From NCBI GenBank assembly GCA_964500135.1, contig CAZCNF010000010.1:8435-72434 (forward strand): a stretch of DNA of 64,000 bases, in the 5' to 3' direction. This DNA comes from an uncultured Porphyrobacter sp. GTDB taxonomy: Bacteria > Pseudomonadota > Alphaproteobacteria > Sphingomonadales > Sphingomonadaceae. The position numbers and the translations under genes were made by a program. Position 1 is the stretch's first letter; every line of letters starts with the position of its first letter. The notes under the pieces were generated by a model. The model had not been told where the DNA came from. It did not search any database and was given only the letters and a program-made list of their open reading frames with translations. Below, one piece after another: positions 28,971 through 47,291 of the stretch.

Positions 28971-29848
28971 GCTGGCAGTGGCATGTGCCGCGCCAGGAAC
29001 TCGATTACAGCCGCATTGAAGGCATCGTTCTTGTCGCCCGCGACCATGTGGCCCGCGCCGCCCACATCCACCGCCTCGGCATGTGGCACCTTGCTCTGGA
29101 ACGCCGCGATGCTGGCATCGGACACTATGTCACTTAGCTGGCCGCGTACCACCAGCACCGGCACGTCAGGCCGATGGCCCAGTTCCACGGTCGAGCGTTC
29201 GAGCGGTTCGCGGAAGCGGCTGGGGTCTTCAACCTGGAACATCACTGGGTCCCAGTGCCAGTAGAGGCGCCCGTCGTCGCGCAATCGCAGGTTCTTCATC
29301 AACCCGCTTGGATCGCGGGGACGCGGCCGCTCGGGATAATAGGCCGCAACGGCATCGGCGGCCTCCTCGAGCGAAGCGAAACCGCCAAGATGCGCGTTCA
29401 TGAACCCCACGATGCGGTCGACTCCCTTGGGTTCCATGTCAGGCACGATGTCGACCAGCACCAGCGCCGCCGGAGCAAGTCCCTCGCCCACCGCATGTAT
29501 CGAAGTCAGCCCGCCCATCGAAGCGCCGACCATGGCAAAGGGCACGCCGCAACCATCCACCACCGCATGGATATCCTTGATCCGGTCATCGATCGAATAG
29601 GCACGGCTGGCCGACCAGTCGCTCTCGCCATGACCGCGCGAATCGAGATTGGCTACGCGATAACCCGCGCGGATCAGTGCCCGCATCGCACCGGCCCAGC
29701 TGTGGCGGGTCTGGCCCCCGCCATGCATCAGCAGCACTAGCGGCGCACCGTCGGGCCCGCCGACATCGCACGCCAGCTCCAGCCCGTCCGATGCGACGAA
29801 GCGGCGAGTGTCGAATTCGGGAGCGGTCTGCGGGGACAACACGGTCAT
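28967..29848 (-). CDS. Alpha/beta hydrolase
   Basis: HGGGQTRHSW, GASMGG, GAGHMVAGD. Confidence 0.9.
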   Translation of the reverse strand: MTVLSPQTAPEFDTRRFVASDGLELACDVGGPDGAPLVLLMHGGGQTRHSWAGAMRALIRAGYRVANLDSRGHGESDWSASRAYSIDDRIKDIHAVVDGCGVPFAMVGASMGGLTSIHAVGEGLAPAALVLVDIVPDMEPKGVDRIVGFMNAHLGGFASLEEAADAVAAYYPERPRPRDPSGLMKNLRLRDDGRLYWHWDPVMFQVEDPSRFREPLERSTVELGHRPDVPVLVVRGQLSDIVSDASIAAFQSKVPHAEAVDVGGAGHMVAGDKNDAFNAAVIEFLARHMPLPA

Positions 29849-29905
29849 GCGGCCATCGCCTAAAGAGCGGGCTGAGGACGGGCAATCATCCATTTGCACA
29901 GCGCT

Positions 29906-30361
29906 TCAGGGTGCGATGTCGAAATGGTACGCCATGATCTCATCCGACGCCAGCTTGCGATAAAGTGCGCGGGCCGGCTCGTCTTCGGGTAGAACATCGG
30001 CCTGGACAAAAATCGTCCAGGCGCCGATGGCGCGCGCGATCCGCCGCATTTCACCGATCATGGCCGTGGCGATGCCTTGCCTGCGATGATCTGCGTGAAC
30101 CGCCAAGTCGTAGATATAGAGCTCGCTGCGCACCTGCTCGAACTTGGGCAGTTCATAGCCGGCGAGCGCGCCTACTGCTTTGCCGTCTCGTTCGGCCAGG
30201 ATAGCGATGTTCCGGCTCTCGCCAAGCCAGTGTGCTGCATAAGCATCATCAGGCGGGTGAACGGCGTATTGTGCCGGTTCCTCGAACACGTCGCAAAACA
30301 GCGCGTTCATGGCGCGAAAGCCGGCGATATCGCCTTCGCCCAGCCGCCGCACGGCCAGCAT
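29906..30361 (-). CDS. AAC(3)-I-like GNAT aminoglycoside acetyltransferase
   Basis: GALAGYELPKFEQVRSELYIYDLAV..HRRQGIATA...FVQAD..DEPA.ALY.KL...HFDI. Confidence 0.8.
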   Translation of the reverse strand: MLAVRRLGEGDIAGFRAMNALFCDVFEEPAQYAVHPPDDAYAAHWLGESRNIAILAERDGKAVGALAGYELPKFEQVRSELYIYDLAVHADHRRQGIATAMIGEMRRIARAIGAWTIFVQADVLPEDEPARALYRKLASDEIMAYHFDIAP

Positions 30362-30363
30362 GA

Positions 30364-30711
30364 TCAGATCCTGACCGCAGTCCCGCTGGCCGAGACCATA
30401 AGCATCGATCCGGTATCCCCGATCACTTCGTAATCGAGATCGACGCCCACCACGGCATTACCGCCACGCTCACCGCATGCAGCCTGCAATTCCTCGATCG
30501 CCTGCTGCCGCGCCTCGGCCAGGATCCGCTCGTAACTGCCCGAGCGTCCGCCTACGATGTCGCGGATGTTAGCGAAGAGGTCACGAAAAAGGTTCGCACC
30601 CACAATCACTTCGCCGGTCACAATACCGAGATACTGCTGGATCGGCTGCCCTTCGATGGTGGGCGTGGTCGTAACGATGATGCCGCGTGCGTCTTTCCAG
30701 GGTCCAGCCAC
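30364..30711 (-). CDS. YbjQ/UPF0145 family protein
   Basis: [31 protein letters not shown]. Confidence 0.92.
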   Translation of the reverse strand: MAGPWKDARGIIVTTTPTIEGQPIQQYLGIVTGEVIVGANLFRDLFANIRDIVGGRSGSYERILAEARQQAIEELQAACGERGGNAVVGVDLDYEVIGDTGSMLMVSASGTAVRI

Positions 30712-30737
30712 GATGGGTCTCCTTCCTGCTTGGCCGA

Positions 30738-30974
30738 TCAGGCCAGCCCAAGTGCCGCCTTGTAGGTATCCAGCACCATTTCCATTTCCGCCCGGTCGTC
30801 GGGCTTCATCTTCCGCAGCCGCACGATCTGGCGCATGATCTTGGTATCATAACCCACAGCCTTGGCCTCGGCATAGACGTCGCGGATGTCGTCTGCGATG
30901 CCTTTCTTCTCTTCTTCAAGGCGCTCGATACGTTCGATCAGCAGGCGCAGACGGTCATCGGTGGCTTCGGCCAT
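30738..30974 (-). CDS. gapR: DUF2312 nucleoid-associated protein GapR
   Basis: [47 protein letters not shown]. Confidence 0.9.
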   Translation of the reverse strand: MAEATDDRLRLLIERIERLEEEKKGIADDIRDVYAEAKAVGYDTKIMRQIVRLRKMKPDDRAEMEMVLDTYKAALGLA

Positions 30975-31055
30975 GGTGTTCAATGCTCCGGAGAAATGAG
31001 AATCGGTTGGCCGGTCGATAGCCAGCGGCCCGCCGTGCGTGAACCCGCTGGCCGC

Positions 31056-31370
31056 TCAATCCACCTGATTTTTCGCGATGCTTGCATCCATTGCCGCCAG
31101 CTGTTCAGGCGTTGCCTCGGTCTGGTAACGCGCTTTCCATTCGCCCATCGGCATGCCGTGGATCACCGCGCGCGCGGTGTCCTTGTCAGCAGTATAGCCC
31201 GCATCCCTGATCCAGTCGGCCAGGCAATTGCGGCAAAAGCCGGCCAGCCCCATCAGCTCGATGTTCTGCGCATCGTGGCGGTGGCGCAGATGCCGTACCA
31301 GCCGGCGAAATGCGGCGGCGGCAACCTTGTCTTCGAGTTGGTCGAGCGGATCAGGCGCATTCGTATCCAT
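31056..31370 (-). CDS. DUF1244 family protein
   Basis: AAAFRRLVRHL..DAQNIELMGLAGFCRNCL; start placed at ATG 31370. Confidence 0.88.
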   Translation of the reverse strand: MDTNAPDPLDQLEDKVAAAAFRRLVRHLRHRHDAQNIELMGLAGFCRNCLADWIRDAGYTADKDTARAVIHGMPMGEWKARYQTEATPEQLAAMDASIAKNQVD

Positions 31371-31418
31371 TGAGACTATTCCTTGAGTTGCCACGCTTCT
31401 GTGCCATAGCTGCGAGCC

Positions 31419-32903
31419 ATGTCGAGACGCGAAACTGCCAATTCCTCCGCCCGCAAGGTCGATCCGCGCGGCCGTAAGGTCAAGATACTCGCCACCATCG
31501 GCCCCGCCAGCAGCAATCCCGAAATGCTGGCTCGCCTGTTCAAGGCCGGGGCAGACGCGTTCCGCGTCAACATGAGCCATGGCGAGCACGCGGTCCACGC
31601 CGAAACGATCAAGGCAATCCGCGCACTCGAGAGGGAATTCGGCCGCCCAATTGCAATTCTGGCCGATCTGCAGGGCCCCAAGCTGCGCGTGGGCACATTC
31701 AAGGATGGGCAGGCGGTGATCCGCCATTCGGGCCACTTCACGCTCGACCGCGATCCCTCTCCGGGTGACGAGAACCGTGTGTGCCTGCCGCATCCCGAAC
31801 TGTTCGGCATCCTGGAAAAGGGCCAGCGGCTGCTGATCAATGACGGCAAGATCAGGCTCAAGGTGATCCGCGCAGGCGAAGAGGAAATCCTGTGCTCGGC
31901 CGAAGTCGGCGGGGTGATCTCGGACCGCAAGGGCGTGAATGTGCCCGATGCCGAAGTGCCAATCCCGGCGCTCACCGAGAAGGACCGGCGCGACCTCGCC
32001 TTCGCGGTAGAACAGGGCGTCGACTGGATCGGGCTCAGCTTTGTGCAGCGACCCGAGGACCTGGCCGAGGCGCGCAAGCTTATGAAGCCCGGGATCGGGC
32101 TGTGCGCGAAGATCGAGAAGCCGATGGCGGTGCGACGCCTCGCGGACATTATCGAGCAATCCGACGGGATCATGGTGGCGCGCGGCGACCTAGGGGTCGA
32201 GCTCGAGCCGCAGGAAGTGCCGCCGTTGCAGAAGAAGATCGTAAATGAAGCACGCACCGCGGGCAAGCCGGTGATCGTGGCTACGCAGATGCTCGAATCG
32301 ATGATTGAGAGCCCGACTCCCACCCGCGCCGAGGTATCCGATGTTGCCAACGCGGTGTATGATGGGGCCGATGCGGTGATGCTGTCGGCTGAAACCGCCG
32401 CAGGCCAATGGCCCGAAGAGGCCGTGACAATGATGGACCGGATCGCGGTGCAGGTGGAAGGCAGCGAGGATTATCGTGCGCGCGTGCGCTTCCTCGCCAC
32501 CCCGCCCGATGCCACCACCGCCGATGCGCTGGCGCATGCCTGCATGACCATTGCCGACACGGTGTCGATCAGCGCGATCAATGTGTTCACCTCATCCGGC
32601 TCGACCGCCCGGCGTGTGGCCCGCGAGCGGCCTGACACGCCGATGCTGGTGTTGACGCCTTCGGTCCGCACTGCACGCCGGGTGGCGCTGCTGTGGGGCG
32701 CGCATGCCGTCAACACCAAAGATATCGGCAGCTTCGAAGAGATGATCGCAAAGGGTAAACGGATGGCGCTGCGCCATGGCTTCGGCAAGGCGGGTAGCAA
32801 GCTGATCGCGCTGGCCGGGGTCCCGTTCGGCACGCCGGGTGCCACCAATCTACTGCACATCGTGACCCTGACCGGGGATGAGCTCGACAAGCACGCGGAT
32901 TGA
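31419..32903 (+). CDS. pyk: Pyruvate kinase
   Basis: KILATIGPAS, DLQGPKLR, AKIE, MVARGDLGVE, ATQMLESM, MLSAETA. Confidence 0.97.
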   Translation: MSRRETANSSARKVDPRGRKVKILATIGPASSNPEMLARLFKAGADAFRVNMSHGEHAVHAETIKAIRALEREFGRPIAILADLQGPKLRVGTFKDGQAVIRHSGHFTLDRDPSPGDENRVCLPHPELFGILEKGQRLLINDGKIRLKVIRAGEEEILCSAEVGGVISDRKGVNVPDAEVPIPALTEKDRRDLAFAVEQGVDWIGLSFVQRPEDLAEARKLMKPGIGLCAKIEKPMAVRRLADIIEQSDGIMVARGDLGVELEPQEVPPLQKKIVNEARTAGKPVIVATQMLESMIESPTPTRAEVSDVANAVYDGADAVMLSAETAAGQWPEEAVTMMDRIAVQVEGSEDYRARVRFLATPPDATTADALAHACMTIADTVSISAINVFTSSGSTARRVARERPDTPMLVLTPSVRTARRVALLWGAHAVNTKDIGSFEEMIAKGKRMALRHGFGKAGSKLIALAGVPFGTPGATNLLHIVTLTGDELDKHAD

Positions 32904-32929
32904 CCGTGGCGTGCGACGCGGCACTCCAA

Positions 32930-33217
32930 TCAGGCGGCGAGGCGCGAAAGATGCTCAAGGGTCGGCTCGTAGAGCGGTTCCTCGAACGCAATCCCGGCGC
33001 GCTGGTCCTCGATCCAAACTACTTCGGCCGGCTGGTAGCCGAGGCTGGGCAGCTTGATCGAAACCAGTTCACCCGCGCGGATCGACCAGGTGCGGGCATC
33101 GACCATGCAGCCACCGAGGCTGATATCGAGCACCGGCAAAAGCAGCTTCTGGCCCGAGCGGTAGCGGACCTCGGCGTTGTAGTGCGCTGACTGCCGCTCA
33201 TTCTTCCTGCGCTCCAT
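32930..33217 (-). CDS. Stand-alone PilZ domain protein
   Basis: ERRKNER (RxxxR), DISLGG, VVW..AGIAF; TTAACCAT upstream on the minus strand (33309-33316). Confidence 0.88.
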   Translation of the reverse strand: MERRKNERQSAHYNAEVRYRSGQKLLLPVLDISLGGCMVDARTWSIRAGELVSIKLPSLGYQPAEVVWIEDQRAGIAFEEPLYEPTLEHLSRLAA

Positions 33218-33370
33218 CGGCCCGTTCCCTCGCGTTTGTGCCCGGCGATTTGCTTTGCCCTGAGTAAGACAATGCGATTGCTAATCGGCAACCGATCATG
33301 GCCTATAAATGGTTAACAACGAGGGTTGCAGCGGTGTGAACAAGATCGGCGCGCGACTGCGGCTTCACGA

Positions 33371-34720
33371 TCAACCGTGCGCGGCATGCTCCAGCCGGGC
33401 GCGGGCCTCCGCCTCACCAATCAGCGGCAGCAGTTCGGCCATATCAGGGCCGTGATCCATGCCCGTAAGCGCCTGGCGCAGCGGCAGAAACAGCGGCTTG
33501 CCCTTGCGCCCGGTCCGATCCTTGAGCGCGTTGGTGAGCTCGTGCCATGGGTCATCCCCCCAACCGAGATTTCGCGCGGCCTCCGCAAGATAGGCGCGGT
33601 CCTCGGGCGAGAACTCGAGCTGGTCGATCGGCCCAGTAACGAGGCGCCACCATTCGGCGGCATCGTGCACGGTGGCAAGGTTGGGCCGCACCGCGTGCCA
33701 GCCGGCCTCATCCATGCCGGGCGGCAAGCGGTGCCTTACCGCATCGAATTCCAGCTGATGGACGATCGCGGTGTTGAGCCGCTCAAGCTCGGCGTCGTCG
33801 AACCTCGCCGGCGCACGTCCGAATGTCGCAAGGTCGAAACTGGCCAGCAGCACCGCGCGGTCGGCTATCGGTTCGACCGGCAGGGACGTACCCAGCCGCG
33901 CCAACAGTGCAACCAGGGCTTCGGGTTCGATTCCCTTTTCGCGAAAGGCATCGCAACCAAGCGAGCCCAGTCGCTTCGAAAGCTTGCCTTCGCTGCCCAC
34001 CAGCAGCGCCTCATGCGCGAACTGTGGCAGCGGGCGTTCCGCAGCAAAGCCTGCAGCATAAAGTGCGGTAAACATCTGTATTTGGGTCGCTGTGTTCGAC
34101 ACGTGATCTTCGCCGCGCAGGATCTGCGTCACCCCCATGTCGATATCGTCGATGGCTGAGGGAAGCATGTAGAGCCACGAGTCATCGGCCCGCCTGATGA
34201 CAGGGTCGGACAATTGCGCCGGATCGAATTTCTGCGGCCCACGAATTCCGTCGTGCCATTCGATCAGCTCGTTATGGTCAAGCTTGAAACGCCAGTGCGG
34301 CTTGATCCCGGCGGCCTCCTTTGCTGCGCGCTCCTTATCGGAGAGCTTGAGCGCGCCGCGATCATAAATTGGCGGAAGCCCGCGCCCGAGCAGCACCTTG
34401 CGCATGAGGTCAAGCTCCTGCGCGGTTTCATAGCAGGGATAGGCCCGCCCAGCGGACTGAAGCAAGGACAGCGCCGCATCGTAGCGTTCCAGACGGGCCG
34501 ACTGGCGTTCCTCGCCCTCAGGCTCGATCCCGAGCCAAGCGAGATCGGCCTTGATAGCCGCAACATATTCCTCGCGCGAACGTTCGGCATCGGTATCATC
34601 GATCCGCAGCAGGAACCGCCCGCCTAGCTTCTTCGCCAGCATCCAGTTGTGGAGCGCGGTGCGAATATTGCCGATATGGAGGCGGCCGGTGGGCGACGGC
34701 GCGAAGCGGGTAACGGTCAT
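33371..34720 (-). CDS. gltX: Glutamate--tRNA ligase
   Basis: RFAPSPTGRLHIGN, RIDDTD, RGEDH, KLSKR. Confidence 0.95.
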   Translation of the reverse strand: MTVTRFAPSPTGRLHIGNIRTALHNWMLAKKLGGRFLLRIDDTDAERSREEYVAAIKADLAWLGIEPEGEERQSARLERYDAALSLLQSAGRAYPCYETAQELDLMRKVLLGRGLPPIYDRGALKLSDKERAAKEAAGIKPHWRFKLDHNELIEWHDGIRGPQKFDPAQLSDPVIRRADDSWLYMLPSAIDDIDMGVTQILRGEDHVSNTATQIQMFTALYAAGFAAERPLPQFAHEALLVGSEGKLSKRLGSLGCDAFREKGIEPEALVALLARLGTSLPVEPIADRAVLLASFDLATFGRAPARFDDAELERLNTAIVHQLEFDAVRHRLPPGMDEAGWHAVRPNLATVHDAAEWWRLVTGPIDQLEFSPEDRAYLAEAARNLGWGDDPWHELTNALKDRTGRKGKPLFLPLRQALTGMDHGPDMAELLPLIGEAEARARLEHAAHG

Positions 34721-34767
34721 GCGGCGGGCGGTAACGCGCCAGCGCGCTTGCCACAAGCGGCGAAGTG

Positions 34768-35211
34768 TCAGGCCCGTGCGCTTTCGCTCGCGACCAGTTC
34801 AACGCAATCAGCCCACAGCCGCTGGCTGCGCTCGGGTCGGATCAGGCCATGGAGCTGGAGGTTGAACTGGTCCTGCCGGTTGTGCCACGCCGCTTCGACC
34901 AGCGCCGCGATGGTGGCTTCATCATGGCTGAGAGCACGACAGCAGAACCGGCGCAACTGGACCGGTTCGGGCCAGCAGGCGCCGATGCTGTCTGCTAGCT
35001 GCAGGGTCCTGACCGCCACCGTCATGCTCCCGAGGCGCAGCGCCAACTCGGCCGTGGGATCGCGTCCCGCCCTTGCGTGAATGGCGATGAGCCGAAGCGA
35101 GAAGACAAGGCGCGCCGCCGCCGGGTGCAGCACTTCGAGCGCAGGCGGATGCTGCAGCTGCTCGATCCAGCGCGCCGCGCCGGAACCGCCTAGTTTATCA
35201 CGTTCAGCCAT
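34768..35211 (-). CDS. Hypothetical protein with CC-x3-S-x-DE motif
   Basis: ORF between gltX and the rpoC terminator; FCCRALSHDE. Confidence 0.65.
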   Translation of the reverse strand: MAERDKLGGSGAARWIEQLQHPPALEVLHPAAARLVFSLRLIAIHARAGRDPTAELALRLGSMTVAVRTLQLADSIGACWPEPVQLRRFCCRALSHDEATIAALVEAAWHNRQDQFNLQLHGLIRPERSQRLWADCVELVASESARA

Positions 35212-35248
35212 TGGCCCAATCCTTTCGATGAGCCCATGGCTACAGTAT

Positions 35249-35265
35249 TTGCGAATGCCTCGCAA
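35249..35265. promoter_or_regulatory. Palindrome TTGCGA-N5-TCGCAA (alphaproteobacterial Fur-box-like)
   Basis: Perfect inverted hexamers ~40 nt upstream of the 35211 start. Confidence 0.55.
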
Positions 35266-35303
35266 TAGCGTTTATGCGCGAATAATGCCCGCGCCATCCA
35301 AGC

Positions 35304-35336
35304 AAAAGCCCCGCCCGAGCGAACTCGGGCGGGGCT
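35304..35336 (-). terminator. rpoC intrinsic terminator
   Basis: AGCCCCGCCCGAG-TTCG-CTCGGGCGGGGCT followed by TTT. Confidence 0.88.
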
Positions 35337-35366
35337 CAAGCTGTGCGGTCAATCGGTTGCCGGGGA

Positions 35367-39656
<4,290 letters not shown>

Positions 39657-39729
39657 TTTTCAATTCCCATGCGGGGTGAAATCTCTGGGCAAAGGAAGGT
39701 AGGCGCCAGGCAGGCTGGCGCCCGCTCGC

Positions 39730-43896
<4,167 letters not shown>

Positions 43897-44140
43897 GGAG
43901 AGGAATGCCTCTTTATCTGATGGGCCGGCGCCACATGGTGCCGGCAGCCGTGAACTCGATCGGTCACGCGTGGACTCGCCCGCCATTCAGGACGCGAAAA
44001 GGCCGCAGCGATGGGCACGGCTTTCCGGCCATCTTGCTGCAGCTCACCTAAGCGTCGCGAATATGGAGCCCGCTACTTCCATTCCTAGGTCGATCCCCGC
44101 GTATGAATCGGCCTTGCTCGAAGCAAGCGAATGAGGCGGC

Positions 44141-44169
44141 CCTATAGGCATGGCCCGGGTCGCTGTCAA
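44141..44169 (-). promoter_or_regulatory. Probable sigma70 promoter for rpoBC
   Basis: TTGACA-17 nt-TATAGG on the minus strand. Confidence 0.55.
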
Positions 44170-44250
44170 ACCCCGGCTTCCACAACGCAGCTGTCCCATT
44201 CTCTTTGCGGCGAAATGTGTTAGCGTGCCAGTGGCGCGGAAGGAGCGGGG

Positions 44251-45321
44251 ATGGCGAAACGGCTGATTTTCTGGCTGGCGCTGCTGTGGGCGGCACTTCT
44301 GGCATCAATGCCGCTGCGCGCAGACGACCCGGGCGCCGATTCCCCCCGTATCGTCGCGGTGGGTGACCTGCATGGCGATTTCGAAGCGTGGCGCGCCATC
44401 GCAACGGCGGCTGGCCTGATCGATGGCAAGGGTAATTGGGCAGCCGGCGCAACCACCTTTGTCCAGCTGGGCGACGTGACCGACCGGGGGCCCGATTCGC
44501 TGAAGATCATCCGCGCATTGCAGCACCTCGAGAACGGCGCAGCCGGCGCAGGCGGCGGCGTGGTGGTTTTGCTCGGTAACCACGAGGCCATGAACGTTAT
44601 CGGCGACCTGCGCTATGTCCACCCCGGCGAGTATGCCGCCTTTGCGGATCGCCAATCCGATAGACGGCGCGAGGCGACCTGGCGCGCCAATCGCGAGCGG
44701 CTTGAAGCGGCCTATGCCGCACTTGATCCTCCAGTTGGGCCCGATGAAGCCAAGCGCCGCTGGTTCGAGACGACGCCGCTCGGCAAGCTAGAGCACCGAC
44801 GCGCCTGGGCTCCCGGCGGAGAACTGGCGGTCTGGGCTGCAGAGCGCCCGGCGGTGGCAAAGATTGGGGACTTGTTGTTCGTGCACGGCGGGCTGAGCGG
44901 GGAGCGGGGGATGGAACCCGTTGCCACGATCAATTCACGGATTGCGGCCGCGCTCGCGCCGGGCGAAATGGTTGATCGAAGCGCGATCGAGGATCCGCTC
45001 GGCCCGCTGTGGTATCGCGGGAATATCACAAGAGCACCTGAGGATGCCGCACGTCAGACGTCGCAGGACGAGATTGCGGCAGTGCTCGCATATCATGGCG
45101 CCAGCCGTCTGATCGTGGGCCATACGCCAGCAATCGGCGGGATCAAGCAAAGCCATGGTGGGAGGCTGATCCAGGTCGATACCGGCATTTCGGCCCATTA
45201 CGGTGGGCCAGCAAGCTATCTCGAAATCGTCGGGGACCGCCTCGTCGCGCATCAGCGTGGCAAGGACGGGACGTGGACCAGCCGGGAACTTCCGGCAGCG
45301 GTACAGGGGGAACTGCCATGA
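44251..45321 (+). CDS. Exported metallophosphoesterase (Shewanella-like PPP phosphatase)
   Basis: Signal peptide; GDLHG, GDVTDRG, GNHE, VHGG, GPLWYRG, VGHT, VDTG. Confidence 0.9.
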   Translation: MAKRLIFWLALLWAALLASMPLRADDPGADSPRIVAVGDLHGDFEAWRAIATAAGLIDGKGNWAAGATTFVQLGDVTDRGPDSLKIIRALQHLENGAAGAGGGVVVLLGNHEAMNVIGDLRYVHPGEYAAFADRQSDRRREATWRANRERLEAAYAALDPPVGPDEAKRRWFETTPLGKLEHRRAWAPGGELAVWAAERPAVAKIGDLLFVHGGLSGERGMEPVATINSRIAAALAPGEMVDRSAIEDPLGPLWYRGNITRAPEDAARQTSQDEIAAVLAYHGASRLIVGHTPAIGGIKQSHGGRLIQVDTGISAHYGGPASYLEIVGDRLVAHQRGKDGTWTSRELPAAVQGELP

Positions 45322-46355
45322 AGTTCAAATTTGCTATCGCTATGTTGACATGTGTCACGAGCGTTCCGGCGTTGGGGCAGGAGCAGAGCGACAAGGTGAC
45401 ACCGCTCTTCGCACAGGACGGCATCCTCGAACTTACGCTTGAAGGCCCGATCAAGCAGATCGTGCGGAGTGCAGAACGCTCAACCGATCCTCATCCTGCC
45501 TCGCTGAAGTTCGCCGGCGAGAGCCTGCCGATTGAGTTGGCCGCCCGCGGTGTCTCGCGCCGCAAACGCGAAAACTGCCGTTTCCCGCCGCTGCGGCTGA
45601 GTCTTTTGGCAAAGCCGGGGGAAACCTCGCTGTTCCACAAGCAGGGGCGCCTTAAGGTCGTAACGCATTGCCGCGACCAGGCAAGCTACGACCAGACGGC
45701 ATTGCGCGAATACACCGCCTACCGGCTCTACAACGTGGTCACGCCGGAGAGCCTCAAGGTCCGCCTCGCGAGGGTGAGTTATGTCGATGCAGGTGAGGCG
45801 GTGGCCACTCGGCTCGCCTTCCTGATCGAAGACGCAGACGATGCCGCGCGGCGGCTGGGCCTAAAGGAGGTGAATTCGGGCAATTTCCGACCCAGCGGCC
45901 TTAATTCCGCCGACGCCGCGCGAAGCGCGGTTTTCCAGTACCTGATCGGCAATACCGACTGGGACATGACGGTTGGCCCTGATCCAACTGACTGCTGCCA
46001 CAACTCCAAGCTGCTGGGCGCGGCCAAGGATGCGGTCAGTGACCTGACCCCGCTGCCGTATGATTTCGACAATTCAGGCCTGGTCGATGCGCCTTATGCC
46101 GTGCCGAATGCAATCCTCAATATTCGCTCCGTAAAGACGCGAGTCTATCGCGGCTATTGCTCGCTGAATGCGCTGATCCCCGCCGAGGCAGCTCGCCTGA
46201 GAGAGTTGCGTCCGGCCCTCGAAGCCGCGATCCGCGAGGTTCCGGAGGTCGACGCCAAGTCGCGTGAAGAGATGCTGACCTACCTTGCCAGCGGGTTCGA
46301 AGATATCGCCGACGATGCCGCGATCGGCCGAAACTTGCTCAAGAAGTGCCGCTGA
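45318..46355 (+). CDS. Exported protein with CotH-like atypical kinase motifs
   Basis: Signal peptide; ARGVSR, LKVVTH, REYTAYRLYN, FLIED, IGNTDW..HNSKL..PLPYDFD; ATGA overlap with the phosphatase. Confidence 0.6.
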   Translation: MKFKFAIAMLTCVTSVPALGQEQSDKVTPLFAQDGILELTLEGPIKQIVRSAERSTDPHPASLKFAGESLPIELAARGVSRRKRENCRFPPLRLSLLAKPGETSLFHKQGRLKVVTHCRDQASYDQTALREYTAYRLYNVVTPESLKVRLARVSYVDAGEAVATRLAFLIEDADDAARRLGLKEVNSGNFRPSGLNSADAARSAVFQYLIGNTDWDMTVGPDPTDCCHNSKLLGAAKDAVSDLTPLPYDFDNSGLVDAPYAVPNAILNIRSVKTRVYRGYCSLNALIPAEAARLRELRPALEAAIREVPEVDAKSREEMLTYLASGFEDIADDAAIGRNLLKKCR

Positions 46356-46368
46356 CAAGAGCCCGGCA

Positions 46369-47055
46369 CTAGCGCGGGCGCATACCTTCGCCCGATTGCC
46401 CCGGTTCCGGTTCGTCCGGGTTGCCAGGCGCTTCGGGGTCCGGATGGCTAGGCTGGAGATATCGGTGCGCGCCTTTTAGCCCGCCATAATCGGCTACCCA
46501 CAGCAGCGCGAAAGCATAATTGAACATCACCGTCATCACGAGCGCGATCTCGAGCGCGCCGATCCCGGCTGCTAGGCCAATCCCGATTGCTAGAAGGATG
46601 TAGATCGCGTCGCCCGAACTCTTGAGATTGTTGCGAAAGCGCACGCCGCCCACGATTCCGGCAAGTGAAAAGGCCAGTGCCAGCGAGTTGTGCACCATCA
46701 CCACGATCGCTGTGACCGCAATAGGCAGCACGATCATGGTTTCGACCAGCGCTTGGTCGTATTCGCTGCGGCTACGGCTCGCCATATAAGTCCAGGTCAC
46801 CGGCAGGGTGGTCAGGATTGCGCCCGCGACCGCCACGAACAGCCACAGGATCGAACCGCCCAGATGGGTTACGCGGCGCGCCTCGATCGCCACGCCCTGC
46901 ATCGGGTCTGAAGCGGGTGCGGCCAACAGGGTCTGCGCGCCGCCGATCGGCAGGAAATCGGACAGAATCGGGCTGAGCGCGGCCGCCGCCACAACCGCCC
47001 CGGTAACGACAGCGTAAAACACAGTGAGTCGCAGGAACAGCCTTCTGACGATCAC
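46369..47055 (-). CDS. DUF4956-like membrane protein
   Basis: NSLALAFSLAGIVGGVRFRNNLKSSGDAIYILLAIGIGLAAG; GTG start at 47055 after a purine-rich RBS. Confidence 0.7.
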   Translation of the reverse strand: MIVRRLFLRLTVFYAVVTGAVVAAAALSPILSDFLPIGGAQTLLAAPASDPMQGVAIEARRVTHLGGSILWLFVAVAGAILTTLPVTWTYMASRSRSEYDQALVETMIVLPIAVTAIVVMVHNSLALAFSLAGIVGGVRFRNNLKSSGDAIYILLAIGIGLAAGIGALEIALVMTVMFNYAFALLWVADYGGLKGAHRYLQPSHPDPEAPGNPDEPEPGQSGEGMRPR

Positions 47056-47208
47056 GATCTTCCCCCCAAAGCCACAACGCCCCTCGCCGGCCACTTCCCC
47101 GTGGATCAGCGCTTCGGAGCTATAGGGCGAACAGCGATGCTGTCCAATCGCAGATGCAGCCCGCTCGGCCGTTCGATCGAGCAGATTATCGCAAAACAAA
47201 CATAGAGA

Positions 47209-47268
47209 TATCGTTTTTCAATATTATTGATTGACGATAAGGGCGAATCGGATTATTGATTATCAATA
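47209..47268. promoter_or_regulatory. Three TATYGW-N3-WCRATA operator-like palindromes
   Basis: 47209-47223, 47225-47239 and 47254-47268. Confidence 0.7.
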
Positions 47269-47291
47269 TTGACCATCAAGGAGTTCGATAA

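Noticed and set aside
31371..32159. Long N-terminal extension of the DUF1244 ORF
   Set aside because: Antisense shadow of pyk.
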